From an uncultured Bacillota bacterium (GTDB lineage: Bacteria > Sysuimicrobiota > Sysuimicrobiia > Sysuimicrobiales > Segetimicrobiaceae): a DNA stretch of 64,000 bases. The stretch covers positions 608,001 through 672,000 of the forward strand of contig CAWDRG010000017.1 of NCBI GenBank assembly GCA_963804645.1, written 5' to 3'. The notes under the pieces are model-generated. The model did not search any database and was not told the origin of the DNA. It worked only from the letters and a program-made list of their open reading frames with translations. Each line of letters begins with the position of its first letter. Position 1 is the stretch's first letter. Shown one piece after another: positions 28,828 through 39,407 of the stretch. The position numbers and the translations under genes were made by a program.

Positions 28828-30432
28828 ATGAACCGGCATGGCGAGGTACCCGACAGACCCGCACGGTCGACGCGCGGCCTGACCCGGCGCGAGTGGCTCA
28901 AACTGGCGGGCGCCGCCGGCGCGCTCGGCCTCGCGGGAGCGCCGGGGGCCGCCGACGCGGCGACTGCGGCCGCTCCCGCGATCAAGCGGGGCGGCACCCT
29001 CAACTGGGCCGAGGTCGACGATCCGATCAGCCTCGACCCCAGCAACCGCATCAACGACTCGGCCACGGTCATCGAGCGGATGATCTATCAGACCTTCACG
29101 CGCTTCAATCCGCGGACGATGGCGGTCGAGCCGTCGCTGGCCACGAAATGGCAGTTCACCAAACCGACGGAGATCATCTGGACCCTCCGTCAGGGCGTCG
29201 TGTTCCACAACGGCCGGCCGTTCACGGCGGAGGACGCAAAGTGGAGCGTCGACCGCTCGCTGGATCCGAAGACCGCCAACCCCTTCGCCAGCTGGTACTC
29301 GGCCATCGACAAGACCGAGGTCGTCAGCCCGTACGTGGTCCGGATGACGTTGAAGCAGATCGACCCCGCGCTCCCGGGCAAATTCGCGACCAACCGCGTC
29401 ATCGGGTTTGCCCCCGCGAACTCCGATCCGGCGACCCTGGCCTCAAAACCCGTCGGCACCGGGCCGTTCAAGCTCACGGAGTGGGTCCCAAACGACCACG
29501 TCATCCTCGTCCGGAACGAACGGTATTGGGAGCGGGGCATCCCGTACCTCGACACCCTGAATGTGAAGTTCATCAACCCCGAGGACACGCGGATCGCGGG
29601 GCTGCAGGCCGGGACGATCGATTTCTCCATCCTCAGCGCCGACGGCGCCAAGCGCCTGGCCAGCAACCCGAACATCAAGTTCGCCACCGGACCGAACGGC
29701 GTCTTCACCGTCATCAAGCTCAACAAACGGTTCGCGCCGTTTCGCGACCGGCGCGTGCGCCAGGCGATGGACATGTCGATCGACCGGCAGGCAATCATTG
29801 CCAAAGCCCTCGGCGGCGCCGGGGTCATCACCGGCCCGATCGTGTACGGCTGGGACGACTACGGCATCCCCCCGAACCAACTGCCGTTCAAGATCGACCT
29901 CGACCAGGCGAAGAAGCTCATGGCCGAGGCCGGGTACGCCAACGGATTCCAGGTGACGTGCATCAGCCTCCCCGAGGGGCACCCGGCGGACTTCTATCCG
30001 AGCATCGCGGTGGCCGCCGACAACTGGAAGCGCATCGGCATCACGGTGAACATCCAGCAGCTGGAGCTCGGGGCGTGGCTCGACAAGAACAACACGCTCG
30101 ACTACGACATGTTCATCGGCAACCGGGGCTTCCGCGGCGACCCGATCGATGTGCTCTACCCCTACTACGACATCAAGGGCAGCGATAATCCGCTCGGCTA
30201 CTCGAACTCGCAGGTCCAGCGCTGGCTCGCGCAGGCGATGGTCGAGCCCGACCGGCTGAAGCGCCGCGCCCTGTACTTCAACATCCAATGGCAGGTCCTG
30301 AAGGACGTCCCGTGGATCTTCCTGTGGGCGCCGGTCCAGACCGACGCGATGCAGAAGTACGTGATGGGCTACGACCACGTCCCGTTCGACAGCTTCAAGG
30401 ACATGATGTGGACGACGTGGCTCGCGAAGTAA
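28828..30432 (+). CDS. Family-5 ABC substrate-binding protein with Tat signal
   Basis: TRREWLK, SLDP, FHNG, PVGTGPF. Confidence 0.93.
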   Translation: MNRHGEVPDRPARSTRGLTRREWLKLAGAAGALGLAGAPGAADAATAAAPAIKRGGTLNWAEVDDPISLDPSNRINDSATVIERMIYQTFTRFNPRTMAVEPSLATKWQFTKPTEIIWTLRQGVVFHNGRPFTAEDAKWSVDRSLDPKTANPFASWYSAIDKTEVVSPYVVRMTLKQIDPALPGKFATNRVIGFAPANSDPATLASKPVGTGPFKLTEWVPNDHVILVRNERYWERGIPYLDTLNVKFINPEDTRIAGLQAGTIDFSILSADGAKRLASNPNIKFATGPNGVFTVIKLNKRFAPFRDRRVRQAMDMSIDRQAIIAKALGGAGVITGPIVYGWDDYGIPPNQLPFKIDLDQAKKLMAEAGYANGFQVTCISLPEGHPADFYPSIAVAADNWKRIGITVNIQQLELGAWLDKNNTLDYDMFIGNRGFRGDPIDVLYPYYDIKGSDNPLGYSNSQVQRWLAQAMVEPDRLKRRALYFNIQWQVLKDVPWIFLWAPVQTDAMQKYVMGYDHVPFDSFKDMMWTTWLAK

Positions 30433-30453
30433 CCGGGCCGCGGCCCCGCCGCC

Positions 30454-31434
30454 GTGGATGAGCTGCGTGTCCACAGCACGCTGCGCCTGCCCGACGACTC
30501 GCTCGCGCGAATCCGGGGTGTCGCGCCGCGGATCCGGCTGACCACCCGTCCGCTCACCCCGTACGAGCCGCCGGCCGGGATGGAGCGGGACCTCGCCGAC
30601 GTCGAGGTGCTGCTCTCCTACCATGCCGCGTTCGAGATGGCCGCGGCGCCGCGGCTCCGCTGGCTGCAGATGGGCGGGGACGGCGTGGATCACCTGCGCG
30701 GCCGGCCGGTGCTGCAGAGTGACGTCCTCATCACCAACGCGCGCATCTTCGACGCGCCGATTGCCGAGTATGTCATCGCCTCGATGATCGCGTACTTCCG
30801 GGCGTTTCCGCGCATGCTCGAACGGTTTCAGCGGGGGCGGGTGTGGCCCGCCAACCAGTGGGACGAGTACGCCGGCGAGGACGCGGCCGGCAAGACGATG
30901 ATCATCGTCGGATACGGCTCGATCGGCCGGAAGCTCGCCCGGATCGCGCGCAGCCTCGACATGACGGTCCTGGCCACGCGGCGGAGCGCGGCGTCGCCGG
31001 TGCGGGAGGACGGCGTCGAGGTGCGCCCGCCCCACGCCCTCCGCGAGCTGCTGCCCGGCGGGGACGTGGTCGTGGTGTGCCTGCCGCTGACCGACGAGAC
31101 CGAGGGGTCGATCGGCGAAGCCGAGCTGCGCGCGATGAAGCGCACCGCGTACCTGATCAACATCGGGCGCGGCAAGGTGATCGATGAAGCCGCCCTGCTC
31201 CGTGCGCTCCGGGAAGGGTGGATCGGCGGCGCCGGGTTGGACGTGCACGCCCGCACGCCGCTGCCCCCCGACAGCCCGTTCTTCGATCTTCCGAACGTCA
31301 TCCTGACCCCCCACATGTCGGGGATCAGCCAAGGCTACTACGCGCGTGTCACCGACCTGGTGTGCGAGAACCTGCGCCGGTACATGACCGGGGCGCCGCT
31401 CCTCAACGTCGTGGACAAGCAGAAGGGATACTGA
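30454..31434 (+). CDS. D-2-hydroxyacid dehydrogenase family
   Basis: GYGSIG, PLT.ET, NIGRG, LDV, TPH. Confidence 0.92.
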   Translation: MDELRVHSTLRLPDDSLARIRGVAPRIRLTTRPLTPYEPPAGMERDLADVEVLLSYHAAFEMAAAPRLRWLQMGGDGVDHLRGRPVLQSDVLITNARIFDAPIAEYVIASMIAYFRAFPRMLERFQRGRVWPANQWDEYAGEDAAGKTMIIVGYGSIGRKLARIARSLDMTVLATRRSAASPVREDGVEVRPPHALRELLPGGDVVVVCLPLTDETEGSIGEAELRAMKRTAYLINIGRGKVIDEAALLRALREGWIGGAGLDVHARTPLPPDSPFFDLPNVILTPHMSGISQGYYARVTDLVCENLRRYMTGAPLLNVVDKQKGY

Positions 31435-31436
31435 CC

Positions 31437-32894
31437 GTGCCGAGTCTCCAGGCGGGGATCGCCCGCCGCGCCATCAACCCGCCGTTGGGCGTGAAGACCG
31501 TCGGGTTCACATCCCGCGAAGGTGTCGTGGAGGCGATCGAGAGCGACCTGACCGCAACGTGCCTCGTCCTGGCCAGCCGCGACGGCGGCCAGACGACGTC
31601 CAAGGTGGCGATCGTCGCCCTCGATCTCTGCATGGCGGCCCCGGCGCGCGTCCTGGAATGGCGCCGCGCCATCGCGGACACGATCGGCACGTCGCCGTCC
31701 CATGTCATGATCAACTTCAACCACACGCACAGCGGGCCGGCCCTGCCCGACCGGCCGCCTGAATTTGAGTTTCAGCGCCCGATGCTGCAGGCGTACCAGG
31801 ACATGATGGTCGCGCGCACGGTCGAGGCCGCGGCGGAGGCGGACCGCGGCCTGCGAGACGCCCGGGTCGCCGGGGGCTGGGGCGAGAGCCGGATCGGCAT
31901 CAACCGGCGGGAGGTCGGCCCGGACGGCATGGTGTTCCTCGGCGAAGCGCCGGGGAAGCCGATCGATCCCGCGGTCGGCGTGCTCCGGGTCGACGACCTC
32001 TCCGGCCGGCCGCTCGCCGTGCTGTTCAGCTACGGCTGCCACACGGTCGTGGTCGGACCGCGCTCGCCGGTGATCTCGCCCGACTTTCCCGGGGCCGCGC
32101 GCGACGTCGTCGAGCGCGTCATGGGCGGCACCGCGATGTTCCTGCAGGCGTGCGGCGGAGACATCATGCCGGTCGGCGGCATGGGGTACGAGACCGACTG
32201 CCGGGACGCGAAAAACCGGATCGGGACGATGCTGGCGGGCGACGTCGTGGCCGCCGGCGCCGGGCTGCGGACGCACCTCAAGCGCGGCGAGCGCACTTGG
32301 CTCGGCTCGCTCCTCGGCAAGGGGATGACGCTCACTCCCTGGGTGCCGGTCGAGGGAGACTCGTGCTCGTATCTCGGGGCCGTCACCGAGACGGTGCGCC
32401 TCAATCTGATCGACCTGCCGACGGTCGCCGAGGCCGAGGCGATCCGAACGGAGCGCCTCCGGGATCTGGCGGCCGCCCGCGCCGACGGTCAGGAGCGGAA
32501 CATTCAAGTGGCGATGCGCATGGCCGTGTGGGCCGACAAGCTGGTCGAAGCGGCGGACGCGTACGCGCCGACCACGTGGGACTTCGTGCTTCAGGCGATC
32601 CGGATCAACGATCTCGTGCTCCTCGGCATCAGCGCGGAGACGTTCGCGGCGACCGGGCTCGCGATCAAGGCCCGGTCGCCGTTTCCCCACACGCAGGTGC
32701 TCGGCTATACGAACGGCGTGTCCTGCTACCTGCCCCCGGCCCACGACTACCCCGCGGGGGGCTGGTCCGTCCGCGGCCGCTATCAGATTCCGGATCTCGT
32801 GTTTCAATCATACCTGCTGCCGACGGGCCTGCGGCCCGACTCCGAGCAGCGGGTGGTGGATCGGTCGCTCGCACTGATCCAGTTGCTGGCGTAG
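31437..32894 (+). CDS. Neutral/alkaline ceramidase-like amidohydrolase
   Basis: NHTHSGP, GINRR, IDP.V.V, YGCH, ISPDFPG, FLQ..GD, GYTNG..YLP. Confidence 0.8.
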   Translation: MPSLQAGIARRAINPPLGVKTVGFTSREGVVEAIESDLTATCLVLASRDGGQTTSKVAIVALDLCMAAPARVLEWRRAIADTIGTSPSHVMINFNHTHSGPALPDRPPEFEFQRPMLQAYQDMMVARTVEAAAEADRGLRDARVAGGWGESRIGINRREVGPDGMVFLGEAPGKPIDPAVGVLRVDDLSGRPLAVLFSYGCHTVVVGPRSPVISPDFPGAARDVVERVMGGTAMFLQACGGDIMPVGGMGYETDCRDAKNRIGTMLAGDVVAAGAGLRTHLKRGERTWLGSLLGKGMTLTPWVPVEGDSCSYLGAVTETVRLNLIDLPTVAEAEAIRTERLRDLAAARADGQERNIQVAMRMAVWADKLVEAADAYAPTTWDFVLQAIRINDLVLLGISAETFAATGLAIKARSPFPHTQVLGYTNGVSCYLPPAHDYPAGGWSVRGRYQIPDLVFQSYLLPTGLRPDSEQRVVDRSLALIQLLA

Positions 32895-32914
32895 TCGGGC
32901 GGCAGAGGACGCGC

Positions 32915-34286
32915 ATGCCTGAGCGGTGGCTGGACGAGTTCGCCGAGCGGCGGCCGAAGAGCCGGGCGCTGTACGCCGAGATCCGGCCGCGCGTCGCCGG
33001 CGGGGTCGGACACGATCTCCGCCACAGCCCGATCACGCCGATCTACATCGAGCACGCGCTCGGGGCGCGCAAGTGGGACATCGACGGCAACGAATACCTC
33101 GACTTCAGCATGGGCAACGCCGCCCTGCTCCTGGGACACGCCCACCCGGCGGTGCTCGCGGCGGTGCGTGACGCCCTCGAGCGCGGCACACACTTCGGGA
33201 ACGACCACCCGGCGATGCTCGAGTGGGCGCGGCTGATCCACACGCTCGTGCCGTCGGCCGAGCAGATCCGCTTCGTGAACTCCGGCACCGAGGGCTCGAT
33301 GCTCGCCCTGCGCCTCGCCCGCGCGGCGACCCGCCGGACGAAGCTGCTGCGGTTCGAAGGGCACTTCAGCGGCTGGCACGACTACGTCGGGAAGGGCGTC
33401 ACGCCCCCGTTCGACGCCGCGTACTCGATCGGGATCCCGCAGGCGATCCTGGACACGATCGTGATCGTCCCCGCCGATCTCGACGCCGTCGAGGCGACGC
33501 TCGCGCGGGACCGCGACATCGCGGCGATCATGTTGGAGCCGAACGGCGGGTCGTGGGGCACGATCCCGCTCTCAATCGAGTTCAACCGCGCGCTGCGCGA
33601 CCTCGCGAGCCGGTACGAGGTACCGCTCATCTACGACGAGGTGATCACGGGGTTTCGATACAGCCCCGGCGGCTACCAGCGCCTCGCCGGGGTGCGCGCG
33701 GACCTCACGGTGTTCGGCAAAGTCATGGCCGGGGGGCTGCCCGGCGGGGCCGTGGGCGGCCGCGCGGATTTGATGCGCCAGTTCGAGTACACGGGCGACC
33801 CGCAGCGCGACCGCCACGCCCGCGTCGCCCACCAGGGCACGTTCAACGCGAACCCGCTGTCGGCCGCGGCGGGAATCGCGACCCTGCGGTTCGCCGTGGA
33901 CGGACGCGCGCAGGCGCACGCCGATCGGATGGCCGGGCTGCTGCGCGCGGGCATGGAGGCGATCCTCGACGAGATCGGCGCCGCGGCGTTCGCCTACGGC
34001 GACTCCTCGGTGTTTCACGTCTACCTGCACACGCCGTCGGGGCGCTCCGCCAAGAGCCGCGACGCGATCCGCACGCACGATCCGGCGACGCTCAAGGGCA
34101 TCCCGCCCCGCGTCGTAACCGCGTTTCAGAAGAATCTACAGAACCGCGGGGTCGACCTGCTGTCGTACACCGGCGGGGTGACCTCGGCCGCGCACACCGA
34201 GGCGGACATCGCGCAGGCCCTCGGGGCGTTTCGCGAAACGATGCGGATCTTCAGTCACCGAGAAACTCGTCGGCCGCGTCTCGTAG
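32915..34286 (+). CDS. Class III PLP aminotransferase (GSA aminomutase-like); probable 1-nt frameshift near 34253, ORF as given runs to 34570
   Basis: DIDGNEYLD, NSGTE, DEVITGFR, GK..AGG, GTFNANP. Confidence 0.88.
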
Positions 34287-34787
34287 ACGCGCCGGGGGAT
34301 CGCGGTCAACGCACCCGCCCCCGAGGGCGAGCGCGATCAACTGCTCGAGGACATTCAGTACGACCAAGTGGCGCCTGGGCGTCGGGTGCTCCCTCCTACA
34401 CTGAGATCGTGGCCGGGTCAATCATCTCTTACACTCGACGCGGCCGCGCTCGCGCGATACACGCCGCGGATCGGGGCGGGTCGCGCAGAGCGCACCATCA
34501 TGGAATCGCAGACCCCGTTCGAGGACTTCTTCCGCGTCCTCCGTGCCCCGCTCGCGACGGCGGCGAATGATGGCTCGCGACGCCACGCCCGGGCACGCGC
34601 GCCCGAGCGTCGGCGGGTGCCGTGCTCGACGGGAGATCCGCGCTCCATCGGCGGGCGCCGGGGCAAGCAGGCAATTGCCGCTCACGGTGCGAACGTACCC
34701 CCATCGGTGGCGTGCGCGGCGGCGCCGCTGGACGGACGACGACTCCGCACATCTCACCGATCAGTTGACCCCTGGAGGTGCTTGGCC

Positions 34788-36290
34788 ATGGCGATCGCAA
34801 AACAGCCCGCGGGCTCGGACACCCATCCGCCGTTCCTTGACGGCGGGGTGAAGCGCATGTTGATCGACGGCCGCTGGGTGGAGGCCGCCTCCGGCAAGAC
34901 GTTCTCGACCGTGAACCCCGCCACCGGCCAGGAGCTCGCCCGCGTCGCCGAAGGCGACCGCGAGGACATCGACCGCGCCGTCGCGGCGGCGCGGCGCGCA
35001 TTCGAGGGGCCGTGGCGCAAGACGAAGCCGTTCGAGCGGCAGCTCCTGCTCCTCAAGCTGGCGGACCTGGTCGACAGTCACCTCGAGGAGCTCGCGCTGC
35101 TCGACACGCTCGACATGGGCGCGCCGCTCAGCCGCACCCGCGCGATGCGGCTCCGGGCGGTCGGGATGCTGCGGTACTACGCCGGCATGGCGACCGCGAT
35201 CCACGGTGAGACGATCGAGAACTCGCTCCCCGGCGAGTACGTAACGTTCACGCTGAAAGAACCGGTGGGCGTCGTCGGGGCCATCATTCCCTGGAACTCG
35301 CCGACGACGGCCACGCTGTGGAAGATCGGGCCGGCGCTCGCAACCGGGTGCACCGTGGTGCTGAAGCCCGCCGAAGAGGCACCGCTCAGCTCGCTCCGGA
35401 TTGGGGAGCTCCTGCTTGAAGCCGGGGTGCCCGCGGGCGTGGCCAACATCGTCCCGGGATACGGCGAGACCGCGGGCGCGGCGCTCGCCGCCCACCCGGA
35501 CGTCGACAAGGTCGCCTTCACCGGCTCGCACCTCACCGGCCAGAAGATCGTCCAGGCGTCGGCCGGCAACCTCAAGCGCGTCTCCCTCGAGCTCGGCGGC
35601 AAGTCGCCGGACGTGGTGTTCGCCGACTGCGACCTCGAGACGTCGGTCCCGGGCGCCGCGATGGCGGTGTTCAGCAACTCGGGACAGATCTGCAGCGCCG
35701 GCACGCGGCTGTTCGTGGAGCAGCGGATCTACGACGAGTTCGTCGGACGGGTGGCGGAGTTCGGCCGCGGCCTCAAAGTCGGACCCGGCATCAACCCGGA
35801 CGTGCAGATCGGCCCGCTCGTCTCGGAGGCGCAGCTCGAGCGCGTCACGGGCTACCTCGAAACGGGCAAGCGGGAGGGCGCGCGGCCGGTCTCCGGCGGC
35901 GAGCGGTACCGGGAAGGCGAGCTGGCGAAGGGCTACTTCGTGCCGCCGACCGTGTTCGCCGACGTGCGCGACGACATGAAGATCGCGCGGGAGGAGATCT
36001 TCGGCCCGGTGATCTCGGCGATTCCGTTCCGGGACGTCGACGAAATCCTCCGCCGCGCGAACGCCACCCCGTTCGGGCTCGGCAGCGGCGTGTGGACGCA
36101 GGACCTCGCAAAGGCGCACCGCCTCGCGCGGGGCATCCGGGCGGGCTCCGTCTGGGTGAACTGCTACCAGGCCATGGATCCGGCGGTCCCGTTCGGCGGC
36201 TATAAGATGAGCGGCTACGGGCGGGAGTCTGGCCTCCAGCATCTCGAGGAATACCTCAACGTCAAGGCGGTCTGGATCAAGACCGGATAG
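34788..36290 (+). CDS. Aldehyde dehydrogenase
   Basis: IIPWN, KPAE, FTGS, ELGGKSP, GQICSAG, EEIFGP, PFGGYK. Confidence 0.96.
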   Translation: MAIAKQPAGSDTHPPFLDGGVKRMLIDGRWVEAASGKTFSTVNPATGQELARVAEGDREDIDRAVAAARRAFEGPWRKTKPFERQLLLLKLADLVDSHLEELALLDTLDMGAPLSRTRAMRLRAVGMLRYYAGMATAIHGETIENSLPGEYVTFTLKEPVGVVGAIIPWNSPTTATLWKIGPALATGCTVVLKPAEEAPLSSLRIGELLLEAGVPAGVANIVPGYGETAGAALAAHPDVDKVAFTGSHLTGQKIVQASAGNLKRVSLELGGKSPDVVFADCDLETSVPGAAMAVFSNSGQICSAGTRLFVEQRIYDEFVGRVAEFGRGLKVGPGINPDVQIGPLVSEAQLERVTGYLETGKREGARPVSGGERYREGELAKGYFVPPTVFADVRDDMKIAREEIFGPVISAIPFRDVDEILRRANATPFGLGSGVWTQDLAKAHRLARGIRAGSVWVNCYQAMDPAVPFGGYKMSGYGRESGLQHLEEYLNVKAVWIKTG

Positions 36291-36343
36291 GCCGGCTCCG
36301 CCGCGAGGCGGGGACGAGCGCAGCTACGAGGAGGACACCGGCG

Positions 36344-37714
36344 ATGAAAGAACTCGCGCGCCACATCATGGTCGATTTCATGCCGATGAAGACCTTCGCG
36401 GAGGACCCGCTGATCCTCACCGAGGGCCGGGGCATCTACGTCACGGACGTCGACGGCAAGCGGTACATCGACGGCCTGTCCGGGACGTTCTGCATGAACC
36501 TCGGGCACGGCAATCGCGCGGTCGTCGAGGCCGCGACCCGCCAGATGGAACGCCTCGCGCTGGCGTGCCCCACGTTGGGGACCAGCGACCGGGCCCTCGA
36601 GCTCACCGCGAAGCTGCTGGAGATCACCCCGCCGCAGTACACGACCGTGAAGCTCCTCTCGGGCGGATCGGAAGCGACGGAGTCGGCGATCAAGATGGCC
36701 CGCCAGTACCACAAACAGACCGGCGCGGCCACGAAGTACAAGGTGCTCTCGCACTACCGCGGGTACCACGGCGCCACCGGGCACGCGATCGCGGCCGGCG
36801 GCTGGCCAGGCTGGCGGGCGCCGTACGAGCCGCTGGCGGGCGGGTTCATCCACCTGCACACGCCGGATCTCTACACTCCGCTGGTCCCCGGAAATGCGGA
36901 CACGCTGGGGGCGACGTACGCGAGGCTCGTGGAGGAGGTCATCCAGTTGGAGGCCCCCGAGACGATCGCGGCGTTCATCACCGAGCCGATCATGCTCTCC
37001 GCCGGGGTCGTGGTGCCCCCGCGAGACTACCTGCCGCGGATCCGCGACCTGTGCGACCGGTACAACATCGTGCTCATCTACGACGAGATCATCACCGGCG
37101 TCGGCCGCACGGGCCGCCTGTTCGCCGCCGAGCACTGGAACGCGTGGCCGGACATCCTCTGCCTCGGCAAGGGGATGAGCGGTGGCTACGCGCCTCTGTC
37201 CGCCACCGTGCTGACGGACCGGATCGCCCGCGCGTTCTGGGGAGACGCGGCCGACGGGGTGCAGTTCCACGCCGGCCACACGTACGGCGGGAACCCGGTC
37301 GCCTGCGCCGTCGGGCTCGCGGCCATCCGAGAGGTCGAGGAGCAGCGGCTGATCGAGAACGCACGCGAGCGCGGCAGCCAGGTCAAAGCGGGGCTCGCCG
37401 ACCTCCAGCGGCGCTACCCGGCGATCGGCGACATCCGGGGAGAGGGCCTCCTCGTCGCCGCCGAGCTCGTCAAAGACCCCGCCACGCGCGAGCGGTTTCC
37501 GGCGGCATTCAACGCCGGCATCCGCGTCCGCGACGCGGCCCGCCGGCGCGGACTGCTGCTGCGCGCGGCCCCGTCGATGGTGGTGTTCGCGCCGCCGCTC
37601 ACGACGACCGGGCGGGAGATCGACGAGATCCTGGGCATCTTCGAGGACGCGCTCGCCGAGGTGCTCCCGCCGTCGGAGGGCGCACGCGCGCTGGCGGCCA
37701 GGGCGCGCGCGTAG
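36344..37714 (+). CDS. Class III PLP aminotransferase (omega-amino acid/BioA-like)
   Basis: SGGSEA, YHG, DEIITGVGRTG, GKGMSGGY, GHTYGGNP. Confidence 0.93.
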   Translation: MKELARHIMVDFMPMKTFAEDPLILTEGRGIYVTDVDGKRYIDGLSGTFCMNLGHGNRAVVEAATRQMERLALACPTLGTSDRALELTAKLLEITPPQYTTVKLLSGGSEATESAIKMARQYHKQTGAATKYKVLSHYRGYHGATGHAIAAGGWPGWRAPYEPLAGGFIHLHTPDLYTPLVPGNADTLGATYARLVEEVIQLEAPETIAAFITEPIMLSAGVVVPPRDYLPRIRDLCDRYNIVLIYDEIITGVGRTGRLFAAEHWNAWPDILCLGKGMSGGYAPLSATVLTDRIARAFWGDAADGVQFHAGHTYGGNPVACAVGLAAIREVEEQRLIENARERGSQVKAGLADLQRRYPAIGDIRGEGLLVAAELVKDPATRERFPAAFNAGIRVRDAARRRGLLLRAAPSMVVFAPPLTTTGREIDEILGIFEDALAEVLPPSEGARALAARARA

Positions 37715-37730
37715 TGCGCACAGGGCGGGC

Positions 37731-38702
37731 GTGAGGGCGGTCCGCGTCGCCGCGTTCGGCGACGCCGACGTGCTGCACGTCGAGGACGTGCCGCGTCCCG
37801 AACCGCAGCCCGGCGAAGCGCTCGTCCGGATCAAGGCGGCCGGCGTCAACTTCTCGGACATCGGCATGCGGACCGGCCGCGGCGCGCACCCGCTGCCCTA
37901 CACCCCGGGGCTCGAAGCCGCGGGGACCGTTGACGCGGTGGGATCGGGTGTGCGTGACGTGCAGCCCGGCGACCGGGTCGTCTACCTCAGCCGCCTCGGC
38001 TCCTACGCGGAGTTCAATACCGTGCCGGCGGCCGAGTTGATCCCGCTCCCGGCGCGCATCAGCTTCGCGCAGGGCGCCGCCGGGACGCTGCAGGGCGTGA
38101 CCGCGCAGACCCTGGTTCACGAGTACTACAACGTCGTCCCCGGCATGACCGTGCTCGTGCACGCGGCCGCCGGCGGCCTCGGCCTGCTGCTGGTGCAGTG
38201 GTTCAAGCACCTGGGGGCCGTGGTGATCGGGACGGTGTCGACGGCCGACAAGGCCGCGGCCGCGCGTGAGGCCGGCGCGGATCACGTGATCCTCTACACC
38301 GAGCAGGACTTCGCGGCCGAGACCCAGCGCCTCACCGGCGGCCGGGGGGCCGATTATGTCGTCGACGGGGTCGGGCGCACGACGTTCTTGAAAGACTTGG
38401 ACGCGGTGCGGATGCGGGGCCACATCTGCCTGTACGGACAAGCCAGCGGGCCCGCGGAGCCGCTGGCCCCCGCCGCGTTGATGGGCAAGTCGATCACCCT
38501 CAGCGGCGGCAACATGTCGAACTACGTCAAAAGCCGCGAGGCGCTGCTTGAGCGCGCGGCCGCGGTGTTTGACGGAATCCAGCAGGGATGGCTGCGGGTG
38601 CGCATCGATCACACGCTGCCGCTCGCCGAGGCCGCCGAAGCCCAGCGCCGTCTGGAGCATCGCGGCACGATCGGCAAGGTTGTGCTGGCCGTGGACGCCT
38701 AG
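37731..38702 (+). CDS. NADPH:quinone oxidoreductase (zeta-crystallin/MDR)
   Basis: GVNFSD, PGLE, HAAAGG.G, YGQASG, GKVVL. Confidence 0.92.
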   Translation: MRAVRVAAFGDADVLHVEDVPRPEPQPGEALVRIKAAGVNFSDIGMRTGRGAHPLPYTPGLEAAGTVDAVGSGVRDVQPGDRVVYLSRLGSYAEFNTVPAAELIPLPARISFAQGAAGTLQGVTAQTLVHEYYNVVPGMTVLVHAAAGGLGLLLVQWFKHLGAVVIGTVSTADKAAAAREAGADHVILYTEQDFAAETQRLTGGRGADYVVDGVGRTTFLKDLDAVRMRGHICLYGQASGPAEPLAPAALMGKSITLSGGNMSNYVKSREALLERAAAVFDGIQQGWLRVRIDHTLPLAEAAEAQRRLEHRGTIGKVVLAVDA

Positions 38703-38799
38703 CCGGACCGGGTGCCAGCCGCCGCCTGGAAGACGCCCGACGACGTATCGATCACACCGCGATCGGACGTGCTAGAGCCTCAGCGTCGAGGAGGAACCA

Positions 38800-38955
38800 G
38801 TGGGCCTGTCGGGATCCACCTACCTCTACGCCCTTGCCACGATCTCCGTCACGTTCGTCGGCTTCTCCGCGCTCCTCTTGGTCTTCCGCCAAGCGACCGC
38901 CGGTCCCATGGCGGCATACGAGAGCTATTTCATGCTCACGTTTATCCAACCTGGG
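38800..38955 (+). pseudogene. N-terminal part of a membrane protein gene, interrupted
   Basis: GAGGAGG RBS; MGLSGSTYLYALATISVTFVGFSALLLVFRQ...IQPG, then fuses to IS sequence. Confidence 0.65.
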
Positions 38956-39374
38956 GAACCTCTGGCGGCGGCTCGGGCTGCCGAAGCGGATCGACAGCTG
39001 GTCGTTGACGAGTCTGCAGCAGCGGCTGATGAAGACGGGTGGCCGGCTCGTGAAACACGCCCGATACTACTGGCTGATGCTGGCGGAAAGGCACCTCATG
39101 CGACGACTGTTCGGGGCGATCGTGCAGCGGCTTACGACACTGTCGGTGCCGGCGGGATAGCAGCGCCTTTGTTGCGACCAGTCGAACGGCCAGGACCGGA
39201 GGTGGGAGTGGTGTCCGAGAAATCGGCCGTCAGTGCGGCTGTGCCGAGTCTTGAGGGTCTCAGGATGGCACAAACCGGCTTTCGTGGGGCCGCCGGAGAG
39301 GGCTCCGGTGGCAAAGAACGAACAGGGTTCCACCGAGGAAGGAATGCAAGTGCCAAGTGGAAATCCCAGCTAAG
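38947..39374 (+). mobile_element. IS1380-family remnant (transposase C-terminus and probable right end)
   Basis: NLGNLWRRLGLPKRIDSWSLTSLQQRLMKTGGRLVKHARYYWL..AE.HL.RRLFG, stop at 39160; candidate IR ggaaatcccagctaag 39359-39374. Confidence 0.82.
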
Positions 39375-39407
39375 CTATATCACGGTCGCGGAGCGCAGCG
39401 CCCGCCG

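Noticed and set aside
34368..34787. Long N-terminal extensions in the ORF track (ALDH, also 18516, 24697, 27178, 52449, 55134, 60752)
   Set aside because: Internal starts with RBS or stop/start overlaps fit family lengths better.
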